The notes below the pieces were generated by a model. It saw only the letters and a program-made list of their open reading frames with translations, was not told the origin of the DNA and made no database searches. 35,830 nucleotides of DNA from an uncultured Clostridia bacterium (lineage in GTDB: Bacteria; Bacillota; Clostridia; Christensenellales; UBA1242). The stretch's first letter is position 1. The number at the start of each line of letters is the position of its first letter. The position numbers and the translations under genes were made by a program. Location: positions 1 to 35,830 of the forward strand of contig CALWPE010000092.1 of the NCBI GenBank assembly GCA_944383345.1, read 5' to 3'. Of the stretch, positions 9,501 to 16,656 are shown piece after piece.

Positions 9501-10111
9501 GGAAAGAATATAATTTCAACGCCTCAATGATTACCCACGACGAGCAACAAGATGATTACGAAGATGACGGCGAAGATGATGCAATGGGTGAAATGTACAA
9601 AGAAAACAGCATTGAAGACGGCACAAGAGTTAAGTGTGGTGGAATAATTACAGAGGTCAAGCGTATAATTACAAAAGTAGGGAACAAGCCTATGGCAGTT
9701 GTTCATGTTGAAGATATTTATGGTACTTTTACAACTATGGTTGTTCCAAAAGCATACGAAAAGTACAAAGACCTTTTAAAAGAAGATAACATTATTGAAA
9801 TTTTAGGTAAATTTAGTGAAAGACCAGGAAAAGATAGTGTTATTATGGTTGAAAAAATAACAGAGTTAAAACAACAAGAAGACGATAACAAAGAAATAAA
9901 AAAAGTATATTTAAAATACGATGCATCAAATAGCAAAATTTGTGATAAAATCAATTTAATTTTGTCGCTATATCCGGGCGAAAGTTCAGTTGTTGTAAGG
10001 TCAACTGCAGACGGTAAAGCATACAAACAATCAAAAAAAGTTAGTGCGAGCAACTATTTGTACAACGAATTGGTTGGTGTTCTTGGCGAAGAAAATGTTA
10101 TAATAAGATAG
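6503..10111 (+). CDS. dnaE: DNA polymerase III alpha subunit (DnaE type)
   Basis: 1202 aa. N-terminal PHP domain (FVHLHNHTEFSLLDGA), polymerase core (GPGRGSGAGSVVAY, PDFDVDF, SMHACGV, LKMDFLGL), and a C-terminal OB region. The start overlaps the whiA stop. Confidence 0.97.
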   Translation: MMEQFVHLHNHTEFSLLDGAAKITDLVKITKERGWKAVAITDHGNMYGALQFYTACLGAGIKPIIGCEFYVVDDYKNKHGKQNFDHLILIAKNNAGYKNLLKLNTIAFMEGFYYKPRIDYELLSKHSEGLICLSACLAGRIPKLILEHRPLDAEKFAIKLNNMFEKGDFYLEIQNHGIPEEDEVRRELIKLSKKLNIKLVATNDCHYIEKEDAGMQDVLMCVQMGKTLDDPDRFKFSTQEFYYKTYDEMKQLFIGQEEALLNTLEIADKCDVVIRRKTHTEMGLDERYCLPANENFIPKYVPENGMTTFEYMKYLTYRDLDKKYPNASKEVLDRIEYELTTIHDQGFVEYFLVVWDYINWAKSNKIAVGPGRGSGAGSVVAYLMGITDVEPLRYSLFFERFINKERVSMPDFDVDFDSVRRGEVIEYVKRKYNPENVSNIITFGKMQAKNAIKDVGRVLRIPYSETDKITKLIPSRLPEGIKKPPVLAYYFGKTGKPENDKYIMQELKDIYDSDSDLKRVIDIAIKLEGFPRNTSMHACGVLIAPEPVDEFVPEARNGEDVTTQYDMIELESLGLLKMDFLGLVNLVDIDLTKKYIKEIHGVDIDFHKIGYDDKKVYDLIGTGNTVGIFQLESAGFQNFMRELKPDGLEDIIAGVSLYRPGPMDYIPTYVRNKFHPEEVVYPHECIKDVLKVTNGVIVYQEQVMQIFQIMGGYSLGQADNVRRIMGKKKVEKMAYEREKFINGWEDPTGKHSILGAVKLGIPKETAEKVFADMESFAHYAFNKSHATAYAMITYQTAYLKCYYEVEFLTAIINNRITKADEIKTYVTYARSEGIEVLPPNINKSETYFSVEGKNIRYGLSGLKGVGVSAISTILKERENGEFKDIYDFISRIMHVQASLINKKSMESLIFSGALDCFGLYRSQLNVMYESIIEKVSKDMERQKTGQFSLFENFEQNLGKVDEVKVPKIKEFTEEAKLKFEKSILGVYMSGHPLQKFQDKWKEYNFNASMITHDEQQDDYEDDGEDDAMGEMYKENSIEDGTRVKCGGIITEVKRIITKVGNKPMAVVHVEDIYGTFTTMVVPKAYEKYKDLLKEDNIIEILGKFSERPGKDSVIMVEKITELKQQEDDNKEIKKVYLKYDASNSKICDKINLILSLYPGESSVVVRSTADGKAYKQSKKVSASNYLYNELVGVLGEENVIIR

Positions 10112-10119
10112 GAGACAAT

Positions 10120-10989
10120 ATGAATATAGGTATACTAGCAAGTGGTGGAGATGGTGCAGGAATGAATATGTTTTTGTACAATCTTGTGAAAAATTTAAAA
10201 GGACACAATATTTTACTTTTCAAATCAGGCTATGAAGGCTTGATGAAAAATGAAGTTTGTGATTTTGATTTAAACTTTTTAAAAAGTAAAAAAAATTGTG
10301 GTGGAATTTGTATAAAAACATCAAGAAGTCCAAAATTTATGGAGCAACAAGGCAAAGAAGAAGCATTGAAAACATTAAAAAAAGATAGAATTGATGTGCT
10401 TGTTGTAATGGGTGGAAATGGCTCTTTAAAAGGTGCAAAAAGTATAGAGAAAAATGGCACAAAAATTGTGTTTGTGCCTTGCTCAATAGATAATGACATT
10501 TACCCAAGTAAATATGCTATAGGTTTTGACACTGCTTGCAAAACTTGCGAAGTTTATATAAACAAGGTCCAAGATACAATGCTTTCTTTTGATAGAGTTT
10601 GCATATACGAAGTTATGGGCAGAGATTGTGATGCTATTGCAAAAAAAGTTGGATATGATGCTATTGCTGATTACACCTATACAGACACTTCAACATTTGA
10701 TGAATGTTTAAAAAGTATAGATACAAAAAAATCTGCACCGATAATTGTTTTACAAGAAAATGTGCTTGATGTAGACAAACTTGCAACAGACCTACAACGA
10801 AAATTAAATCGAGAAGTAAAGTATTGCGTTGTAGGATACATTCAGCGTGGTGGAAAACCTACAAAAAAAGAAAGTGATATTGCCACTAGGTTTGCAAAAA
10901 ATTGTGCAAATTATATAAAAAATGGGAAAATTGACGATTTTGTTTTTTGTAGTTATGAAGATGGTGAAGTAGTTTGTAAACCATTTTAA
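10120..10989 (+). CDS. pfkA: ATP-dependent 6-phosphofructokinase, a short and divergent form
   Basis: Motifs IGILASGGDGAGMN, CSIDNDI, EVMGRDC and GYIQRGG are present. SD is AGGAGA. Several normally invariant positions differ (see findings). Confidence 0.8.
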   Translation: MNIGILASGGDGAGMNMFLYNLVKNLKGHNILLFKSGYEGLMKNEVCDFDLNFLKSKKNCGGICIKTSRSPKFMEQQGKEEALKTLKKDRIDVLVVMGGNGSLKGAKSIEKNGTKIVFVPCSIDNDIYPSKYAIGFDTACKTCEVYINKVQDTMLSFDRVCIYEVMGRDCDAIAKKVGYDAIADYTYTDTSTFDECLKSIDTKKSAPIIVLQENVLDVDKLATDLQRKLNREVKYCVVGYIQRGGKPTKKESDIATRFAKNCANYIKNGKIDDFVFCSYEDGEVVCKPF

Positions 10990-11020
10990 AAGCAAAATTT
11001 AATAAATTGCAAAAAAAACA

Positions 11021-11050
11021 TTGACAAACAATATATCAAAGTGATAATAT
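11021..11050 (+). promoter_or_regulatory. Promoter for tRNA-Ala
   Basis: TTGACA (11021-11026), an ~18 nt spacer, then TGa-TAATAT (11042-11050). It lies 13 nt upstream of the tRNA. Confidence 0.6.
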
Positions 11051-11062
11051 AGCAAGGTGTTT

Positions 11063-11139
11063 GGGGGTTTAGCTCAGCTGGCTAGAGCGCCTGCCTTGCA
11101 AGCAGGAGGTCATCGGTTCGATTCCGATAATCTCCACCA
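11063..11139 (+). tRNA. trnA: tRNA-Ala (anticodon TGC), with encoded CCA
   Basis: GGGGGTTTAGCTCAGCTGGCTAGAGCGCCTGCCTTGCAAGCAGGAGGTCATCGGTTCGATTCCGATAATCTCCACCA. It has the G3:U70 Ala identity pair, anticodon loop CTTGCAA, and T-loop TTCGATT. Confidence 0.95.
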
Positions 11140-11143
11140 AAGA

Positions 11144-11172
11144 AAAAGCCACACCATTTGGTGTGGTTTTTT
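11144..11172. terminator. Bidirectional rho-independent terminator (hairpin copy A)
   Basis: AAAAGCCACACC-ATTT-GGTGTGGTTTTTT. The A-run and T-run flanks let it terminate tRNA-Ala on the plus strand and the 92-aa gene on the minus strand. Confidence 0.85.
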
Positions 11173-11248
11173 ATTGTAAAAATACAAAATATAGTATTCG
11201 CAATTTGTAGTGGGTGATTTTTGAGTGATTTTTTATATTAAATATGAA

Positions 11249-11527
11249 TTAGTGTGTAGTTATGTTATGAAGCCATGTTGATACAATTTTTTCTATTTCT
11301 TCAGAACTTTTTCCTTCCTTCTGCAATCTTTCTCTATAGTGTATTTCGGCATCATGTATAACATCATGATAAAATTCTGGATCAATATCATTATCCACAT
11401 CATAAAATTGATTATAACTTTCGACTGCCTCACGGGGAGCTTTATCAGTTAAGAAATATTTCATTTTTTTAGGATCGTGATAGTACCATTCTGGATTAGT
11501 CATAAAATATGGTTCTGGTTTTCGCAT
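11249..11527 (-). CDS. Small acidic, aromatic-rich hypothetical protein (92 aa)
   Basis: Strong SD (AAGGAGA, 6 nt before the ATG). It has its own promoter and terminators on both sides. Sequence MRKPEPYFMTNPEWYYHDPKKMKYF... contains no TM segment and no motif I recognise. Confidence 0.7.
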   Translation of the reverse strand: MRKPEPYFMTNPEWYYHDPKKMKYFLTDKAPREAVESYNQFYDVDNDIDPEFYHDVIHDAEIHYRERLQKEGKSSEEIEKIVSTWLHNITTH

Positions 11528-11546
11528 ATTTATTCTCCTTAATATT

Positions 11547-11575
11547 AGTTTATTTTGTTTAATCTATTTTGTCAA
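11547..11575 (-). promoter_or_regulatory. Promoter of the 92-aa gene
   Basis: Minus strand reads TTGACA (11575-11570), a 17 nt spacer, then TAAACT (11552-11547). Confidence 0.55.
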
Positions 11576-11623
11576 TTTTATTATTGCCTTTCATTTTTTT
11601 GTTTAGAAAAATTCCCACAAAAC

Positions 11624-11652
11624 AAAAGCCACACCATTTGGTGTGGCTTTTT
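11624..11652. terminator. Bidirectional rho-independent terminator (hairpin copy B). It terminates glmS.
   Basis: AAAAGCCACACC-ATTT-GGTGTGGCTTTTT. A 23-nt core is identical to copy A, exactly 480 nt away. Confidence 0.85.
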
Positions 11653-11690
11653 ATATGTTTTTTTGTAAACAAAACAAAGATTTTTTTGTA

Positions 11691-13469
11691 TTATTCCACA
11701 GTAACACTTTTTGCAAGATTCCTTGGTTTGTCTGGACTATATCCAAGTTTTATGCAAGTCTTATAGGCGAGTACTTGAAAAGGTATAACACTTAGTATAC
11801 TTGAAAGTGAACTACTGATTTTGTCAAATTTGTAAAGGTAGTCTATCTCTTCTTGCCGTTTTACATCAAGGTTTGTTACAAGAACAATCTTTCCTCCTCG
11901 TGCTTTGATTTCGCTTGCACTAGCAAGATTTTTTGAAAGCAAATTTTCGTCTGTGGCTATGACGAACACCAAACTTTTGTTGTCGACTAAACTTAGCGTT
12001 CCGTGTTTAAGTTCGCCCGAAGGAAGACTAACACAATTTATATAAGTTATCTCTTTAAGTTTCAGCCCTGCTTCAAGTGATGTTACATAGTCTTCAACTC
12101 TACCAATAAAAAACACTTTTTCACTCTTTAATACCAAATCACTGATTTCATCGATTTTGTCTATGTTTTTAAAATAATCAACATTATTTAATACTTTTAA
12201 ATCTTCATCAACATTATTTTTGTTTAGTTGCCTTAAATGTAAAGATAACATTTTAAGAACAGTGAGCATTGCATTGTATGCTTTTGTTGACATCACAGCA
12301 ACTTCCATTCCTGCACAAAGGGGAAGTGTTATATCTGCCGAGCGAGCGATTGATGAGTATGGAACATTTACAAGAGCCAAAGTTTTTGCCCCCATCTTTT
12401 TTGCAAGTTCCAAAGAAAGCAGGGTGTCGGCAGTTTCTCCACTTTGACTTACAAAAATGCAAAGTGTGTCGTTTGATATAAGTGGATGCGAATATCTAAA
12501 TTCGCTTGCAATGTATGCCTGTGCTTCAATTCGTGCATCTTTTTGTATAAATTTTTCACCCATAAGGCAGGCATGATATGCTGTTCCACAGCCAATAAGT
12601 TTAATCTTTTTAATGTTCTTAAAAAACTGTTTGTTTAACTTTTTAAAATGGTCAACTGTTTTATAATTTAAAAGTATCTGCTCTACTACTTTTGGGATTT
12701 CGCTAATTTCTTTTTCAGCATAATAACTATATTTGCCAAGTTCTGCTGATTTTTCAAAACTTCCTATCTCGCAAGGAGCAAGAGTAATTTTTTCAAAATT
12801 TTTGTTGTAAACTAGCATTGTGTCTAAATCTACTCTTGCAAAACAATCGTCAGGCAAAGGGAAATATGTAGTATAATCTTCACCAAAAGTTACTGGGTCA
12901 CTGCTAACCATACAACTATCTTGATTTTTTGCAATATAAAGTGGGCTGTGTCTTCGTGCAACATAAAGCGCATTTTCGTTTTTGTTTAAAAGACATATTG
13001 CAAAACTTCCACTAAGCAGTCCTGTTACATATTTTAATTTATCCATATTGTTTTTTTCTTCACAAATTTCCATAAGAGCAGGGATAATTTCGGTGTCTGT
13101 GTCACTTTTTAATTTTATGTTTTTATCTTGAAGTAATTTTGTAAGTTCCAAGTAGTTTTCAATTATACCATTATGAACAACTGCCCAAGTTTTGTTTGGG
13201 CAAAGGTGTGGATGAGTGTTTTTTAAATTTACTTTTCCATGAGTAGCCCATCTTGTGTGTGCAATACCACATACGCAGTCATCATCATAATTTAATTTTT
13301 GTTCGAGATTGGCTATTTCTCCAACACTTTTTTTAACCAAAAATTTGTTGTTTTTTAAAAGACAAATTCCACTTGAATCATAGCCTCTATATTCAAGTTT
13401 TTTCAAGTTATGTATAATTTTTTTTGATACACCTTTGGTGCGTGATAAGTATCCAATTATTCCACACAT
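11691..13469 (-). CDS. glmS: Glutamine--fructose-6-phosphate aminotransferase (isomerising)
   Basis: MCGIIGY N-terminal nucleophile, two SIS domains, and the C-terminal ...KPRNLAKSVTVE. SD AGGAG lies 6 nt upstream. Confidence 0.97.
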   Translation of the reverse strand: MCGIIGYLSRTKGVSKKIIHNLKKLEYRGYDSSGICLLKNNKFLVKKSVGEIANLEQKLNYDDDCVCGIAHTRWATHGKVNLKNTHPHLCPNKTWAVVHNGIIENYLELTKLLQDKNIKLKSDTDTEIIPALMEICEEKNNMDKLKYVTGLLSGSFAICLLNKNENALYVARRHSPLYIAKNQDSCMVSSDPVTFGEDYTTYFPLPDDCFARVDLDTMLVYNKNFEKITLAPCEIGSFEKSAELGKYSYYAEKEISEIPKVVEQILLNYKTVDHFKKLNKQFFKNIKKIKLIGCGTAYHACLMGEKFIQKDARIEAQAYIASEFRYSHPLISNDTLCIFVSQSGETADTLLSLELAKKMGAKTLALVNVPYSSIARSADITLPLCAGMEVAVMSTKAYNAMLTVLKMLSLHLRQLNKNNVDEDLKVLNNVDYFKNIDKIDEISDLVLKSEKVFFIGRVEDYVTSLEAGLKLKEITYINCVSLPSGELKHGTLSLVDNKSLVFVIATDENLLSKNLASASEIKARGGKIVLVTNLDVKRQEEIDYLYKFDKISSSLSSILSVIPFQVLAYKTCIKLGYSPDKPRNLAKSVTVE

Positions 13470-13522
13470 AAAAAACTCCTATATGTTTATATGAAAAATT
13501 TTTTTTCGTGGTCACCAATTTG

Positions 13523-13551
13523 TTGAAATTAAAATATATATGTGATATATT
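13523..13551 (+). promoter_or_regulatory. Promoter for the 13570 gene
   Basis: TTGAAA (13523-13528), a 17 nt spacer ending in TGa, then TATATT (13546-13551). Confidence 0.55.
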
Positions 13552-13569
13552 AAATTTAGGAGATTTTTT

Positions 13570-13995
13570 ATGGATTCAATGTATATGCAAAGTGTAGTTG
13601 CCGAATTTGTAGGGCAACTTGTAGATATTTCAAAACAAAAACAAAGAAGTTATGCATTTAGTAACAAAATTGCTGACTTTGGTGATATTTTTATAGATTA
13701 TTTGGCTAGTGAAGTTGTCAATCGTGGATATTTTTATTATAATTCAAATAAGAAATATGCCGAATGTGATGAAAATGAAAAAGAATGGGCTGTTACACTA
13801 AATCAAATGGCTATTGATGTCTTTGGTGAAAGTATTGATGAAATGATTAGACCAAATACACATATTTTGCTTTCTGTCAATAAAGACAATGCAACAATTT
13901 ACTATAATGATGGAACTTTTTCACCTACATATGCCGACAAAAAGATAGAAGTAAAGAAAAGTCATAATAAAAATGACGAAGAAATAACAAAATAA
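13570..13995 (+). CDS. Hypothetical cytoplasmic protein (141 aa)
   Basis: Has an SD (AGGAG), no TM segment, and no motif I recognise. Confidence 0.6.
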   Translation: MDSMYMQSVVAEFVGQLVDISKQKQRSYAFSNKIADFGDIFIDYLASEVVNRGYFYYNSNKKYAECDENEKEWAVTLNQMAIDVFGESIDEMIRPNTHILLSVNKDNATIYYNDGTFSPTYADKKIEVKKSHNKNDEEITK

Positions 13996-14049
13996 TAGCA
14001 ATAAAGTTTTTTGAAATTTTGTTTAAATAAAGAAAAGGGAGAATAATTT

Positions 14050-14103
14050 ATGACAACAAAAAACTTTCAAAATGTTAATTTGGTGATATCACAAATAGCA
14101 TAG
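14050..14103 (+). CDS. Candidate 17-aa micro-ORF (MTTKNFQNVNLVISQIA)
   Basis: Too short for the track. SD AAGGGAGA lies 8 nt before the ATG. Its stop codon overlaps the foot of a strong terminator hairpin by two bases (14102-14103). Confidence 0.3.
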   Translation: MTTKNFQNVNLVISQIA

Positions 14104-14137
14104 TATGCGTCATTGTTTTCAATGTCGCATACTTTTT
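14102..14137 (+). terminator. Rho-independent terminator
   Basis: AGTATGCG-T-CATTG TTTT CAATG-T-CGCATACT, followed by TTTTT. Confidence 0.85.
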
Positions 14138-14138
14138 G

Positions 14139-14168
14139 TTGACATATCATACCTTGGTATTGTAATAT
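14139..14168 (+). promoter_or_regulatory. Promoter for the P-type ATPase gene
   Basis: TTGACA (14139-14144), an 18 nt spacer, then TAATAT (14163-14168). ATG 14181 follows about 12 nt later with no SD, so the mRNA is nearly leaderless. Confidence 0.5.
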
Positions 14169-14180
14169 TTTGTAGAACTG

Positions 14181-16655
14181 ATGAAATTAAAAAAAGATTT
14201 TGATATTGTTAGGTACAACCCTCAAATAGATACAGGGCTTAGTGCCGAACAGGTAAAGGAAAGACAAGAACATAAACTTTTTAACAAAGTGAAACAAAAG
14301 ACTGGTAAGTCTTATTTTCGCATTTTTTTTGATAACATTTTTACTTTTTTTAATTTGATTTGGATACTTATATTTTCTGCACTTGTTGCAGTTGAAAGTT
14401 ATAACGACTTATTGTTTATTGTCGTCATATTTTTAAATACTTTAATTTCTATAATTCAAGAGTGCAAAGCAAAATCTGCTGTTGATAAACTTTCACTTTT
14501 GACAATGCCAAAGGTAAGTGTGACAAGACAAGGCGAAACAATAGAGATAAGCGCTGACAAACTGGTGCTAGACGATGTTATAAAACTTGAAATAGGAAAT
14601 TCAATTCCTGCTGACTGCATAATTTTAAGTGGAAAGATTGAAGTAAACGAAAGTTTGCTTACAGGCGAAAGCGATGCAATAAAAAAAGCAGAGGGAGATT
14701 CAATACTTTCTGGAAGTTTCATAATAAGTGGTAGTTGTTTTGCAAAAGTAAATAAGATTGGAAATCAAAGTTATATTCAGTCCATAGCACACGAAGCAAA
14801 AAAATTTAAAAATCCAAACAGTAACTTAAACAAAGACCTTAAAACAATGATTAAGTATATAGGCTTTGGAATTATTCCTATCGGTGGAATAATGTTTATG
14901 AGTAACTATTTCTCGTACAACCACTCCTTAACCTATGCAGTAACAAAAACAGGTGGGGCTTTAATAGGAATGATACCTGCCGGAATGTTTTTGCTTGTAA
15001 CAATCGCTTTGTCGGTTGGAGTTGTTAAACTCAGCAAGAAAAAAGCAATGGTAAAAGACCCATATTCCATTGAGATGTTAGCAAGAAGCAATGTGCTTTG
15101 TTTGGACAAAACAGGTACAATAACAGACGGAACAATGCAGGTCAATGAAATTATCAAAATAGATGAGGTAAACAACTTAAAAAATGAAGATATAATTTCA
15201 AATATACTTTATTACCAAAAGACAAGCAATGCAACATCAAATGCACTTATTCGTGAATATGGAAAAAAGAACAAGATGAAGTGCATATACAACTTGGAGT
15301 TTTCATCACAAAGAAAATGCACTGCTACAAGTTTTGAAAAATATGGTACTTTTGTTTTGGGTGCACCTGAGTTTGTAAAATGCACACTAACTAAAAAATT
15401 AAAAAACACTATATTTAATCTTTCAAGTCAGGGCAAAAGAATTTTGATGCTTGCATACAAAGAAGGTTATGTTTTAGACGAAAGTGAAAAGTTACCAAGA
15501 GCGACAACACCACTTGCACTTATTGTAATAGAAGATACAATTCGTGAAGATGCAAAAGAGACTATTGCTTGGTTTAAAGAAAATGGTGTGCAAATAAAAA
15601 TAATTTCTGGTGATAATCCAATAACAGTATCAAACATAGCAAAAAGAGTTGGTGTTGAAAATGCCGAAAATAATATATCTCTTGAAAATATGAGTTTACA
15701 AGAAGTCGAAAAAGTTGCTACATCGTTTACTGTTTTTGGTAGAGTTAGTCCCGAGCAAAAACATACTCTTATAAAGACATTAAAAAAGAAAGGCTATGTT
15801 GTTGCTATGACAGGTGACGGAGTTAACGACACCTTAGCGCTAAAAGAAAGTGACTGCTCAATAGCAATGGCAGACGGAAGCGAAGTTGCAAGAAGTTTGT
15901 CAAACTTGGTGCTTCGTGATTCAAAATTTTCAAGTTTGCCTGCAGTTGTAAAAGAAGGTCGACAGGTTATAAATAATGTTCAGCAGTCAAGCACTTTGTT
16001 TTTGATGAAAACATTGTTTACAATACTATTGTCACTATTTAGCATTGTTACATTGTCGGGATATCCTTTTCAGCCAGCACAGATGTTTTTGCTAGAACTT
16101 TTTGTAATTGGACTTCCTTCTGTAATATTAGCACTTCAACCCAACACGAATCTAATTAGAGGTGAGTTTATACCTGTTGTTTTGAAGCGAAGTATTCCAA
16201 GTGGACTTTTGATTTTTATAAATGTTCTTGGAACAATTATTTTAGCAAGATTTAAACTCATAAACGCCGAAGAATTTGCTACTTTATCTACTCTTGTCCT
16301 TATTTTCACAGGATATATAAATTTGGTATTTTTGTGTGTACCGTTTAGCAAAATTAGGATATTTTGTTGTACATTGTCACTTGTATGTTTGACGACAGCA
16401 ATAGTTTTAATGGGTGACTTTTTTGGAATGACAACAATAAATTTAAAAGTTGCTCTTATACTTGTTGCATTTATGGCATTTTCTATTCCTTTGCATATTT
16501 TAATTCCAAAACTTATTAAAAAGATTGAAATTCGCATTAAAAAGGCAAAGTTACAAAAAATTGAAAAAAAGAATAAATACAACAAAAAAATAAAGCATAT
16601 TGCTTTGTCTGATTCTAAAAATGACGCAGAAATTGATGAAATAGATTTTCAATAG
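14181..16655 (+). CDS. Cation-translocating P-type ATPase (P2/P3-like), substrate unclear
   Basis: Carries TGES, DKTGTITDG, SGDNPITV and TGDGVNDTLALKESD motifs, with about 10 TM segments. The TM4 motif reads IPAGM rather than PEGL. Confidence 0.9.
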   Translation: MKLKKDFDIVRYNPQIDTGLSAEQVKERQEHKLFNKVKQKTGKSYFRIFFDNIFTFFNLIWILIFSALVAVESYNDLLFIVVIFLNTLISIIQECKAKSAVDKLSLLTMPKVSVTRQGETIEISADKLVLDDVIKLEIGNSIPADCIILSGKIEVNESLLTGESDAIKKAEGDSILSGSFIISGSCFAKVNKIGNQSYIQSIAHEAKKFKNPNSNLNKDLKTMIKYIGFGIIPIGGIMFMSNYFSYNHSLTYAVTKTGGALIGMIPAGMFLLVTIALSVGVVKLSKKKAMVKDPYSIEMLARSNVLCLDKTGTITDGTMQVNEIIKIDEVNNLKNEDIISNILYYQKTSNATSNALIREYGKKNKMKCIYNLEFSSQRKCTATSFEKYGTFVLGAPEFVKCTLTKKLKNTIFNLSSQGKRILMLAYKEGYVLDESEKLPRATTPLALIVIEDTIREDAKETIAWFKENGVQIKIISGDNPITVSNIAKRVGVENAENNISLENMSLQEVEKVATSFTVFGRVSPEQKHTLIKTLKKKGYVVAMTGDGVNDTLALKESDCSIAMADGSEVARSLSNLVLRDSKFSSLPAVVKEGRQVINNVQQSSTLFLMKTLFTILLSLFSIVTLSGYPFQPAQMFLLELFVIGLPSVILALQPNTNLIRGEFIPVVLKRSIPSGLLIFINVLGTIILARFKLINAEEFATLSTLVLIFTGYINLVFLCVPFSKIRIFCCTLSLVCLTTAIVLMGDFFGMTTINLKVALILVAFMAFSIPLHILIPKLIKKIEIRIKKAKLQKIEKKNKYNKKIKHIALSDSKNDAEIDEIDFQ

Positions 16656-16656
16656 A

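Noticed and set aside
9530-9600. An acidic insertion (DEQQDDYEDDGEDDAMGE) before the DnaE OB-fold region
   Set aside because: It is a low-complexity linker in a variable part of DnaE, with no evidence of an intein, a mobile insertion or a frameshift.
6564-10053. Eight minus-strand ORFs of 60-111 aa inside dnaE
   Set aside because: They are antisense to an unambiguous 1202-aa DnaE and have no SD or motifs.
11392-11400. A perfect DnaA-box 9-mer, TTATCCACA
   Set aside because: It is a single copy inside the 92-aa coding sequence with no cluster, no AT-rich DUE and no dnaA/dnaN context. One chance occurrence in about 72 kb of two-strand sequence is unremarkable.
11569-11766. A 65-aa plus-strand ORF spanning terminator copy B and the glmS 3' end
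   Set aside because: It crosses a strong terminator hairpin and overlaps the glmS C-terminus in antisense.
12220-12481. Three overlapping 69-75-aa ORFs within glmS
   Set aside because: They are alternative-frame or antisense ORFs inside a fully conserved GlmS coding region.
16136-16585. A 149-aa minus-strand ORF inside the ATPase gene
   Set aside because: It is antisense to the TM-rich C-terminal part of the P-type ATPase. Its hydrophobic, low-complexity translation is expected from that context.
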